Assembly (NCBI GenBank): GCA_044892525.1
Contig: CM097885.1
Location: 29,700,001 to 29,764,000, forward strand
Direction of reading: 5' to 3'
Source of the DNA: Schmidtea polychroa
Taxonomy: Eukaryota
Length of the DNA: 64,000 nt
Shown here in pieces: positions 51,601 to 64,000 of the stretch (within the stretch, counting starts at the first letter, position 1; each line of letters opens with the position of its first letter). Made by a program: the position numbers and the translations under genes. The notes beneath the pieces are model-generated. The model was given only the letters and a program-made list of their open reading frames with translations, did no database searches and was not told where the DNA came from.

Positions 51601-52523
51601 TTTATTATTAAAAATAATTGAAAATATACAAAAAACAAATCAAATTTAAAAATATCAATAAAAATATTTAGAAATAAAAGTTAAAACAATTTTTAAAATT
51701 TAATATTTTTTTTTAAAAATGGAAGGTCAAATATCGAATTTAAAAATATTTTAATCCAAATTTAAAAAAAACATTTAATTATAATAATAATATTGAAATT
51801 TTAGATCAAGATGATAATAAACAATTAGAATGTTACAATTATATTTATGAAAAATATATATAAAATATCAAACTTTAAAGAAAATTATATCAGAATATGA
51901 TTTTAAAGATAAAAAATATATTAAAATTTCAAATATATTTTAACAAAAAATATTGAAGTACCAACAGATTTATAATAACTCTAACAGTTATATAAATACA
52001 TTTTTTTAGTTTAACTAATTCAATGAAAAAGAATTTTAAAACAATGAAAAATTCGAAATTCAGAACAATTCAGAACCTCGTCCAAATGAAATTGGAAAAA
52101 GCCCTAAATAACTTTCCACCAGCATCCAAGATGAAAAACAACGATAACTAAATGCCAATTAATAGTAAAAAAAATAATTAACAGTTTAATCAATAACTTA
52201 TATATAATTAAAAATAAATAAAAAAATTAAAAAAATTAAATCATTAAATTATATTATATTTCTGATTATTCTTGAATGAAGATTTTGAACTTTTTGAATT
52301 CTATGATTGTTGAGTTCTCAGTTTCTGGTTGTTTGGTAGTGGAAATCTCTCTGTCTTTGGCGGCCAATGCGTTCATATTTTCTTTTGAAATTTTGTTTTC
52401 GGTATTTCTTATCTGGGAAAGGTTGGCAGAGGTTTATATTATTTTCTTTATGTTCTTTGAGGTTTTATATAAAATATATTTATCATTTATTTGTTCTTTG
52501 ATAAAATTTTATAATTTGGTAAC
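45631..52523. repeat. AT-rich block, copy 3, with one extra 2.17-kb subunit
   Basis: cctcgtccaaatg at about 47740, 49908 and 52076; two (TA)n tracts near 48470 and 50640. Confidence 0.9.
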
Positions 52524-53121
52524 CACTATCATTGAGTAGCCTACAGATGTCACAAGAGACTCAGACACTGTAGAGCTGTCAAATCCAATAGAACTCACAA
52601 CTATCGAGCAACCATGTAGAAGCATGGAAAATAATGAGACCGCAATCTCTACAGTAAACAACGAAAACATAGAAATTGACGGAACAAGTCGGGGAATAAT
52701 AATAAAACCCATTGCACCTGTACTCAAAGAAAATATATCAAATAACGAAACAAGAAGGCAATCAAGACAAGATAAAAATATCAGATCCAAGAGTCAGAAG
52801 AAAGAAAGACAAATAATTGACTCCGATAGCCATTGATACCACAAAACAAAACAAAAAACTACGTACCGGTGGAGACCATCAACGGCAAATAATTGGCTTA
52901 TGGTAGTTAAAAAACATCCAATAGCCAGTTAACCGAATGGAAAAATGCCTTGAAAATATTTTTAGCATAAAAGCCCACATAATATAGTTAATAAACTATA
53001 ATATGCAGGCAATTAGTTAATCTAAATTTCAATCTAGAAATTTAAAGTTAATTTTAAAAACGACATGAATGAATCATAAAGACTCAATACATATCTACAC
53101 AATGAATGATTCATAAAGAAT

Positions 53122-53716
53122 CAAATCATCGCGCATGGGGATGAAGTTCAAAATCTCGCAGTTTACACCACTCGAATTCTTACGCTTCCCCGACCGTAAA
53201 GTAAGTCGTCTACAAACGATTTAATGCCAACACGTAAATCATTAAAAATGATTCAAACATCCAAACTATTTTCATAGAATGGTTAGAGTTTAAATATATG
53301 GCTAAGCCACATCCACTAACTTGCGTTAATGAATAATAATATTGCCTCATTACGAGGATGGCACAAAATATCATGATTTTTAGGCGAGATTCAGACTTAG
53401 AGGCGTTCAGTCTTAATCTCTCGGATGGTAGCTTCGTGCCACTGACCTTTTGATCAAGCACATTTACCAGTGATCCGAATCTGCGGTTCCTCTCGTACTG
53501 ACCAGAATTACTATTATCATGACAAATTATATAGTAGGGTAAAACTAACATGTCTCACAACAGTCTAAACCCAGCTCACGTTCCCTATTAGTGAGTGAAC
53601 AATCCAACGCTTTGCGAAATCTGCTTCGCAATGATAGGAAGAGCCGACAACGAAGGATCAAAAAGCGACGTCGCTATGAACGCTTGGCCACCACAAGCCA
53701 GTTATCCCTGTGGTAA
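53122..53716 (-). pseudogene. 28S rRNA: 28S rRNA 3' fragment, copy 3
   Basis: Matches 29568-30162. Confidence 0.95.
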
Positions 53717-55746
53717 TAGCACAAATTCGAAAATCGGAGAAGATGAAAACATCACAACAATATCAGAAATACAAAAATTACATCAAAAAAACAGTCATTT
53801 GGAATCAGGAATGCAGATAATGATGAAAATGATGCAATCATTGACTGAAGAAATAAATACTCTAAAAAAATGATGGACAAATCACAAAATGGGAATGAAA
53901 CAGATAAAAATAATCAAAGAAACAGTTATGCCCAAATTGCCAAAAAATCAAATAGCAATTTAAATTTCCAAGAAAATGATAAAAATTTGAATTTTACAAA
54001 TTGTAAAAAAAATTCAAATTCGGAAGAAAATAATAAAAATTTAAATTTAAATTCAAATTTAAATACAGAAAATCAAGAGAATTTAAATATTTTAAAATCA
54101 AATATTAATGATTTTAAAATTTCGAAGAATACATCATTTAAAAATTTTAAAAATAAGAAAGATTTTATAAATAATAAAAATGATTTTAAGCCAATAATCA
54201 ATCAACACTGAAATCCAGATCTGCGCTGAGAAAATTAATACTACAACACTGAATTCTCAACCAGTAGAATCAAACAGAAAGAGAAGAAAGGCAATCTTAG
54301 CAAGTGATGAAGAGCAAAATCTTCCAAAAAAGACTAATAATCATAAAGAGCAACCCATATTCGACCAACCTGAAAAATTGATTGGAGGAGGACCAAGTGA
54401 TAATGAGAACTTCCAGATCCACGTTACTAATGAACTAACCTACAAATGTGCTCTGATTGGATGCCAATCCAAATCTGAATCATTAGCCGGGATTAAACAG
54501 CATGTATCAAGAGCCCATAAAATCAGGACAACATACACTAAATGCCATCAATGACCAAACAATATTCAACAACATGAAATTGAAGAACATGTCAAATATC
54601 ATAAAGAGTTGACAAATAAATATAAAGATGCGAAAATGGATGTCATAATTCCAACAAAAAATGACATTCCTTCAAACATCGCATGACTAGCACAGTCAGC
54701 TATCGAGGCTCAAATAAGATCAATCATAAAAGAGCCTAAGAACAAAGATAGCATAATCTGTTACTTAAATCCCCAGTGCGCTAATGACCTAATATCAAAC
54801 AACAGGAATGGCCTCTTTAAAAAGTTAAAAATGGATGCCCTTGTTGGATGTGAGCTTACTATTTGGCTAATCCATTGGAATAAAAGTCATTGAACTGTAT
54901 ACCTTGCAGAAAGGAAAAACAGGACGTCAGTAATTATGGACCCTGACAATCAAATGTCTCAAGAACTTAAGATTTCCATCAAAAAGAAAATAGATGATAT
55001 ACTGAGAATAACTTCCTCCGAGCAAGACAATGAAATGCAATTAATGAACATCCCAATCTATCCAACTCAGACAAACAAATATGATTGTGGAGTGTTCGTT
55101 ATTCAATATATAATGGACTTCCTAGAAAATCCGGAGAGGCCCATATTCAATATGCCCGACTCCGATAAAATAAGAACCCAAATAACATCAAGCATATTAG
55201 AGGATATCAAAAGATACAAAAAATGCTCAAATGAATCAAAGAAAGAAGATATAGAAGATGCTATAAACCAATTTAGATTACACCAGCTATCAATAAACGA
55301 TATACTAAATTGGCTCAAACACAGATTTCTAAAAGATCCTAAACCGAGAAGGGCATGCAGAAGCGAAAATAAAAAACCCAATCTATGCTCATACCAAATA
55401 CAGAGATTATACTCAATAAACTCTGGCAAAGCGATAATGCAAATACATAATGAATCATGCAAGGTTATTGACCTAACATCAACGTCAATGGACCTGCATT
55501 TTACAAAACCAAAGCCACCAAAAATACAGAACATGATTAATATTGCGTACAAAAGACCAGAATGGGAATCCTCAAAGCCAATTTCAGAGAAAGATGTATT
55601 CTTTGCAATAAAAAATAGCAAAGATACAGCGCCAGGAGAGGACGGAATTCCGGTCAGAGCATAGAAAGAATGGATGCCTGAGGACCCATTGACTCCAATA
55701 TTCAATAGAATAATCGAATCCAAAACTATCCCTGATTCTTGGAAAA
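53717..55746 (+). mobile_element. Family C/A' chimeric 5' part, copy 3
   Basis: Matches 30163-32193. Confidence 0.88.
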
Positions 55747-56755
55747 ATAATATAATTTAATGATTTAATTTTTTTAATTTTTTTATTTATTTTTAATTAT
55801 ATATAAGTTATTGATTAAACTGTTAATTATTTTTTTTACTATTAATTGGCATTTAGTTATCGTTGTTTTTCATCTTGGATGCTGGTGGAAAGTTATTTAG
55901 GGCTTTTTCCAATTTCATTTGGACGAGGTTCTGAATTGTTCTGAATTTCGAATTTTTCATTGTTTTAAAATTCTTTTTCATTGAATTAGTTAAACTAAAA
56001 AAATGTATTTATATAACTGTTAGAGTTATTATAAATCTGTTGGTACTTCAATATTTTTTGTTAAAATATATTTGAAATTTTAATATATTTTTTATCTTTA
56101 AAATCATATTCTGATATAATTTTCTTTAAAGTTTGATATTTTAGATATATTTTTCATAAATATAATTGTAACATTCTAATTGTTTATTATCATCTTGATC
56201 TAAAATTTCAATATTATTATTATAATTAAATGTTTTTTTTAAATTTGGATTAAAATATTTTTAAATTCGATATTTGACCTTCCATTTTCAAAAAAAATAA
56301 TTAAATTTTAAAAATTGTTTTAACTTTTATTTCTAATTATTTTTATTGATATTTTTAAATTTAAATTTTTTTTGTATATTTTCAATTATTTTTAATAATA
56401 AATTAATTTTTATCATTTAAATTTTCTTATGATATTTATGACTTACATACACACTTACATTTTTAACTTTAAAAAAATACAAATAATTCAACTATAATTA
56501 AATAAACCCATTCTGCCAAAAAAAATTTTTTTAATTCAATATTTGAACTTTCAATTTTAAATAATTATTGTTTACATTTTAATTTCTAAAAATGTTTATC
56601 TTAGCCAAAAGATATTTTTATATTTTATTTGATTTTTGTATATTTTAAATTATTTTTAATAATAAATTAACTTTCTAATAAAAGACCCATATACTCTAAT
56701 TTTGAGATATTTATCTTAGGCAATAGATATTTTTATATTTTATTTGTTTTTTGTA
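55747..56755 (-). repeat. Inverted 1-kb copy of the AT-rich block
   Basis: Reverse complement of about 51248-52257. Confidence 0.9.
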
Positions 56756-59700
56756 ATTGCAATCATTTTTCTGGATGGAAGTTATGAATTCCAAAAACCT
56801 ATTGACCAGCATAATGCAATACACTGGTTCAACTTCTTTATCAAAAGAACGATAGTCGGAGTACCAAGATCCTTCAATCTAAGGAAAAGTATACCATATC
56901 TTAATAAAAGCCAAACAGTTCCGCAGACCAATGTGGAAACAAATGGAGACATAACCAACCACTCTAACCTGAAAGGTCTACAATGCCGAGATATTAGTAG
57001 AAAAAGGAGAAAATGCTCAACTAATGAATCCGTAGAACATCAATCAAAGAGAAAAAATAATGAGGAAAATACTGAACAACCAGTAAATCAGGAAGAAGAA
57101 ACACATGTAACTCATCAAACCACAACAAGTCCCAATCAATCATTAAATGAACAAGCATGACGGGATGGGGAAAGGACAACAAGTGCAGTCCTACCCCCAC
57201 AAGAAAATACTATCATTTCAACACTCCAAAACCCTGACAACCGTCTAATAGGAGGAACAATGCAAATCAAACAAATTGAAGCTTCAATCGATCTAATAAT
57301 TGACAATGAATGCAGAATAGTTTGTGCAAAAGAAGGTTGCAACAAAACCTATACTGATATCTTCCATGCTGAGCACCATTCCAGAAATAAACATAATCTA
57401 CCTTCTGGAACAAGAACAAAGGTCAAATGTGTACAATGTGAGAACCCAATCGAAGGAGATCAAGTAAATGACCATATCAACAACCACAAAGACGAAAGAA
57501 AAGAAGACCTGATTAGACAAATGAATATCATCCTACCAAATAAAAGAGATACGCCTTACGGACCATATGATCTACTATCACAAGCGGCGTTGGAAATATA
57601 TATTAGGAATCTAATAATGTATGACAAAAGGGAAATAGCATACATTGGCCCCAGAGCATCAATATACCTTAACAACAACAATAAACACGCTCTGCTCAAA
57701 GAAATACAACTGCACAACCTTGTCGGCTGGAAACTGGCAATCTGGCTCATCCACTGGAATGGTAGCCACTGGGCAGTGTACCTAGCTAATAAAAACACTA
57801 GACAATCCATAATCCTGGATTCAGCTAACTCATTTACAATCAACCAAGAATTTTTAATGAAAAAGAATATGGATTCAATTCTTAATACCGCATCAGAAGA
57901 GGATAAACCCTTCCTGAGATTGCAGATTGAGCATAAACCTACCCAATCTAACCAATATGACTGCGGCCCATATGTACTACAATTCATAAAGGACTTTCTA
58001 AATAATCCTGAAAGAACTAGATACAACGAGCCAAACACGAAAGAAATTAGAGAAAAAATATGCGAATTAATAACGGAAGAATGAAAAAAATAAAGATAAT
58101 GGAATAAAACAAATCAATGATCCTGAAATCGCAGAGCTACTGAAAAAATTCTCACTACATCAATACACAATTGAACAGATCCTAGAAAATTTCAGAAGAA
58201 TATACGAAAGAGACAATCTAAAACCAAAAAGAAATTCTAAACTAAAGATTCCAATGGCTAAATGCTCTTATCAGATCCAACGATTATATGCCATCAATCC
58301 TGGAAGAGCTATTAATGAAATAAACAAAGCCACTGATTCTACTCCAGAACTACAAACAGAAGTAATGAACATCTACTTCACCAGACAAAAACCACAAACA
58401 AATCCAGAAAATATTCTAATATCGAAAAGAACCGCTGACTGGATAACCGACAAAAAGATCAAAAACAAGGAAATCACAATAACAATCAAAAGAATGGAAG
58501 ATAAAGCACCAGGAGCAGACAAAATTCCTATACGACAATGGAAAACCTGGAACAAAGATAGGGCATTAAAAGTGCTATTTAACCATATCATAAAACAAAA
58601 GAAGATACCAATAAACTGGAAAACATTTATGACAAAACTAATTATAAAACCAGGAAAAGCCGAAGAAGCATCCAATCCATCTAACTGGAGACCGATAGCA
58701 CTAATGCCAACGGCCTATAGAATCCTAATGAAACTACTAAATAAAAGATTATTAAAATGGATCCATGACGGAAAGCTACTATCTCCATGGCAAAAGCATT
58801 TTAGAAAAAGAAAACGGATGCGATGAGCACAATTTCATAATCAATTGCCTTATGGAAAAAGCAAACAGAACAAGATACAAAGGCGAACAGATACACCTAG
58901 TATTCTTGGACCTCGCAGACGCCTTTGGCAGTATGCCACACGAGGTGATTTGGTACACATTAGAGAGAATGGGGTTAAATAAAAACACCATTGAACTAAT
59001 TAAAAATAGCTACCAAGACTGCTTCTCAATATACGAAAGCGGCGAATCCCAATCAGACAAAATTAAAATTGATAAAGGGGTCAAACAGGGATGCCCCTTG
59101 TCCATGACGCTATTTAGTCTATGTATAGAATTCCTCATAAAAGCTGTAGAGGATCTAAACAAAGGTGCCAAAATAGCAGAAACAAAAATAAGTATTCTAG
59201 CCTACGCAGACGATTTGGTACTAATCGCAAATAACAAAGAGGACATCCAAATAATGCTTAACACCATATTCGAAGAGGCAAATAAAGCATGTCTAACCTC
59301 TAAACCTGCCAAATGTGGATATTTCAGTGAACAAGAAAACAATGATATCCCAATAATGATCAACAACCAGACAATTAGGAAAATCAACAACAATGAACTG
59401 TACACATACCTAGGAGTCAGAATAGGAGGACCTAAAAAAAGGAACAGACCAACTATTCAAGGAAGCAATCACCTACTCTGAAAAGATATTCAAATCAAAA
59501 CTTAAAGCATGTCAAAAAATAGAAGCATACCAAACATTTATACACTCCAAATTCGTATTCCCTCTCCAAGGAGAAGACATAAACAAAGGGAACATCGAAG
59601 AATACGATAACCAAATCCGAACAAGAATCAAAAAAGATGTTATTGACCTACCTACAAATAGTCCATTTATGGATGCAATAATCTATTCCCCAAGAGCAAA

Positions 59701-60947
59701 AGGAGGTCTAGGAATAACAAAAGTCGCAGACGAGCAACTTATCCAGACCATCGCTAGATACCTAAGGCTATTTAACAGTAGCCACATGGACATCAGAAGA
59801 ATCCTAACAGAAGAAACAATTGATATTGCCAAGATCAGAACAAACCAGACAATCTATACCATTAAAGACGCAATAAAATGGCTAGATAATACGCATACCA
59901 ACTCAAAAAGGAACGACACAAAATACAGTTGGATCACTAGAATCAAAACAGCAATAATGGGAATCATGAGAACCCATAAAATTGAGATAAAACTGTCCAT
60001 TAATGAGGATGACCAACTAGAAGCAAGAGTCAAATGTGCTACTGAAGAAACACCAGTAGTGGTCAAAGAAACGAATAAAATTTCAGCAACACTACACTGG
60101 ATGATCAAAGAAAGCTATTTCAATAAATGGAAAGCAGCTAAATGCCAAGGCTACATCATAAGCCTCCCATATTCCAAGAAAATGGAATGGGAACTCCCAC
60201 GGAACTTAGATGATTCAGATTGGCAATTCATAATAAAAGCACGTGCCAACATGCTTGACCTAAGGAACAAGCAAGCAAACCAAGGAGGAAGACTAGCAGC
60301 AATAAACTGCAGGAAATGCGACTACCCAAGAGAATGCCAAGCACATGCCATCAACCACTGTGACTATGGTAAAAACAGTAGAGTAACAAAACACAACGAA
60401 ATCCAAAGATTGCTTACCGAATTACTCGAAACAAAAAAGTTAAATTACGAGACAGAAGCAATACCAAAAGAATCATCTGTGAACCTAAAACCAGACATCC
60501 TAATCAGAGGAGAATCAAAAAATACCATCATTGACATTAAATGTCCTTTCGATGACTAGGATACCATTGAACTGGCAAGAAACAAAAACCAAGACAAATA
60601 TCGAAACTTGGCCACAGAGATCCAAACCAAGTCTGAAAAACCTACCACTGTAGAAACATTTGTGGTGTGTTCCCTTGGAACCCGGGATAAGAGAAATAAC
60701 GAAATCCTCAGAAAACTTCAATTCAAATTTGACGAATATTCAAAAACAAAAGACAAAATGATCAAAGCCGTAATCAAAGGATCCAGATACACATTCGACC
60801 AGCACAGGGGCTTCATGACCTGATGCTTTAAATATACCAGTGACTAGTTCACTCAAGAATCCAGATATCCCACCTATTCTGTTTACAGAAAGGTTCTTAA
60901 CTCATCCTTGTGATGACACTTTTTGTTATATTAATAAATATTTTGTA
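56756..60947 (+). mobile_element. Family D element, copy 2 (no internal duplication)
   Basis: Same ORF fragments as 33203-37861 at an offset of 23553. Confidence 0.92.
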
Positions 60948-60998
60948 TTTCTGACACCTCTTGCTACAAACTCTGTAAAAATCAAAAGGATCGATAGG
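60948..60998 (-). pseudogene. 28S rRNA: 28S rRNA fragment at the family D 3' junction, copy 2
   Basis: Matches 37862-37912. Confidence 0.88.
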
Positions 60999-62897
60999 GA
61001 ACAAAACCAATCAATGAATAAAACCATCAAATACATTGAACCAAGACTGGCAAACTTGCTTATCAATCGAAACTTGAGAACATTTCATAATGAAATCAAG
61101 ATAGACTCCTTGATTGGATGGGAACTAATAATCTGGCTTATACACTGGAACAACTGCCATTGGATTGTCTACCTTGCTAATTTCGAGGATAAAACCTCCA
61201 TTATCTTGGATTCAGACAATCAGATGACAACATTGCAAAAGTGTTATATAAAAGACAGACTAGATAAATTCCTAGAAAATACAGTGGAAGAAAGAACCAT
61301 CTTTAAATCACTTGAAAACAGATTAATTCCTCAACAATCAAACGACTATGATTGTGGAACATATGTCCTTCAATTCATAGAGGACTTTGTGAATGAACCT
61401 GAAAGACTAAATTATCAGACTCCAGACTCAATTAGAATTAGAAACATAATCGGGAAGCAGATTATGGAAGAATTAAAAGATGCCAAAAAGAATACACCAA
61501 AGAAGTCAAATAAAGAAATAGACGAATTAATTCTCAAATTGAAGTTACTACAGATAGACATTCATTCAGTACTTCAATGGTTCACGAACAAATATAATGA
61601 ATCAATCCCTAAACAAAAGAACAAAAGAGGTGCAAAGATCAACATCTCAAAATGCTCATATCAAATACAAAGATTATTTGCATAGCTCCAAAAAGAGCAA
61701 TAAAGGAAATATATAAAAATGAGTCAGCCCCAGCAGACCTTCCGAAAAGCATCTTAGATGCTTACTTCATAAAAGAAAATTGATCTCGGAATGGCAGTAG
61801 GCAGTAATGGCTGTGATGAGCACAATTACATCATCCAGGCACTGACTGAGAAATCGAACAGAATTAAATACAAACACGAACAATGTCACCTGGCTTTCTT
61901 GGACTTGGCTGATGCATTCGGAAGCATCCCATTTTCTGTCATTTGGCATACAATGAGCATAATGGGACTCGATAAAACAACTATCGACCTATTAAAAGAA
62001 TTGTATAAAGATAATGTCACAAGATACAAAAGTGGAAAAACTGAATCGGAAAGGATAAACATTGTAAAAGGCGTGAAACAGGGTTGCCCACTATCAATGA
62101 CCCTATTCAGCCTATGCATTCAATTCATTCTAAAAGAGATCATCAATATGAATAAAGGAGCAACAATGGCAGCACAAGATATTAACATCCTTGCCTATGC
62201 AGACGACTTAGTAATTGTGGCCGATTCTGCTAAAAACCTACAAATTCTACTAGGAAGAATTGAAGATCTAGCAAATAAAGCATGCCTAAAGTTCAAACCG
62301 GCAAAATGCGGATACTACAGAGATCCAAAAGACAATACATCACGAGTTATGATCTATAAAGAACAAATCAGATTAGTAAGTGAGGAAAACATATACACCT
62401 ATCTTGGAGTCAGAATAGGTGATAAAAAGAAAAAGAACCTAAATAAGCTTTTCGAAAAGGTTAAAGATCATACTAAATCGATTTTCACTTCAAAACTCAG
62501 AAATGACCAAAAACTGGGGGCTTATAACACCTTTGGCTAATCAAAATTTGTATATATACTACAAGGAGAAGATATCTCAAAAATAAATATTGAAAAATAC
62601 GATAATGATATAAAAGCCATAATAAAAAAGCACGTGCTAGATCTCCAAGATAACAGCCCATTCACAGACTCAGTGATTTACTCACCACGAGAAAAGGGAG
62701 GCTTAGGAATCACAAAAGTGTTCGATGAGCAGATAATCCAAACAATAAATAGAGCTCTGAAACTCCTAACAAGTAACCACAAACTGATCCAAGAAAAGAT
62801 TGAAGATTTGGAAAATGCATTGAAATGGTTGGATGGATCAATAAAATACAAGAAAAACACAAACGCCAAGACAACGTGGATAACACGAGTAAGAGAA
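60999..62897 (+). mobile_element. Family E protease plus RT, copy 2
   Basis: Matches 37913-39811. Confidence 0.88.
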
Positions 62898-63334
62898 AAC
62901 TTTTTTAGACGACCATCTGAAATAGTCCAAAAAATTAGACTAAGTATTTTGGCTAGTGTACAAATGCTACTGCAAAAACATTTTCAAAAAATGTGGTAAT
63001 GAAGAGATTTTGACAATTGGAGGAGATGAAATTCAGATTGCAGATCTTACAAAGTCAGAAATCAGCCAAAACAAACCAGATAATCAGAATACTTCAACAA
63101 TTTCTGAATTAAAGAATGAGAATCGTCAATTACGTTTGGAAATGAAAAACATGAAGAAAATGATGGAACAAATGATAAAATCAATTGAAACTTTAGAACA
63201 AATTATCAAAGACTCTGCCAAAATTTCTACAGAAAATAGAAAAACACAACCAAATTCAGATCAGATTGTGAAAATTCGAGAAAAAGAGCATTATTTAAAC
63301 AAAGTGTGTGTTACACATTAATTGTATACAAGAT

Positions 63335-64000
63335 TGTAGATGCAGTCATTGAGGAACCAGTCCAAGATACTGTGGACCTGCCAATACCAATAGAGCCCAC
63401 AGTTGTCGAAGAACCACAGATAACCACAAACAACGAAAATATAGAAATTAGTGAAACAGATAGAGATTTGGTAGAGAAACACACAACACCTGCACCAACA
63501 TCAGTCAGCAAATCAAAACAACAACCAAAAAATATCCGGTCCAAGAGCATAAAGAAAAGAAGACAAGTGGATGACACCGAATACCAAGAAAACACAAAGG
63601 ATAACAAAAAAATACGTACCGGTGGAGGACCGTCAACGGCAAATACTCCACTGACCAATCTTATTATACCAAATATGAAAATCAACGATGAACTAAAAAT
63701 CCAATGCAATTGCAAAAAAAATAGATACTCGTACTCAACAGATACCAATGCCACCAAACACTTCAAAGAGTTACATCCACAATCCGGAGATCCAATAATA
63801 GAGTGCGGAATATGCAAAGCCATCATCACTATCAATGAAGCAATAGAACATATAGCAGTCCATAGAGAGAACAATACAAAAGAAAGGAACATACAGCAGC
63901 CCGCAATCAAACCAACAGAGGAGGACATCCCTACGGAGACCAGCTGACTATCACAGACAGCGATAGAATATTACATAAAATTTCTATCGCTCAGTATACC
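63335..64000 (+). mobile_element. Family A copy 4, cut by the window end
   Basis: Matches 18861-19526. Confidence 0.9.

Overview
Very AT-rich eukaryotic DNA with no recognisable host gene. The window is an imperfect tandem array of large units (period about 14.7 kb, then about 21-23.5 kb). Each unit is a mosaic of fragments from at least five diverged non-LTR retrotransposon families of the NeSL/R5-like, restriction-like-endonuclease (RLE) type. Their architecture is: N-terminal domain or coiled coil, two C2H2 zinc fingers, Ulp1/C48-like cysteine protease, RT (YADD), CCHC knuckle, PD..DxK endonuclease. The fragments alternate with multi-kb AT-rich blocks and pieces of 28S rDNA on the minus strand. 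All protease/RT/RLE fragments lie on the + strand and none is a complete intact element. Family labels A, A', B, C, D, E, G and H are my own. Main observations: (1) element 5' and 3' ends abut the two halves of one 28S site (antisense ...CCCTGTGGTAA^ct^TTTCTGACACCTC..., about 14 nt from the A2451-equivalent), implying site-specific antisense insertion in the peptidyl-transferase region; (2) the element frame begins at the junction, in frame with ATGs in antisense 28S sequence; (3) a Gly-Gly motif (IRTGG/LIGG) is conserved before the zinc fingers in diverged families and is a candidate self-cleavage site for the SUMO-protease-like domain; (4) fragments are joined at 2-5 nt microhomologies and are strongly co-oriented, resembling a template-jump mosaic or unistrand piRNA-cluster-like array. 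A planarian-type host is plausible but cannot be proven from the sequence. Boundaries were placed by eye and are approximate.
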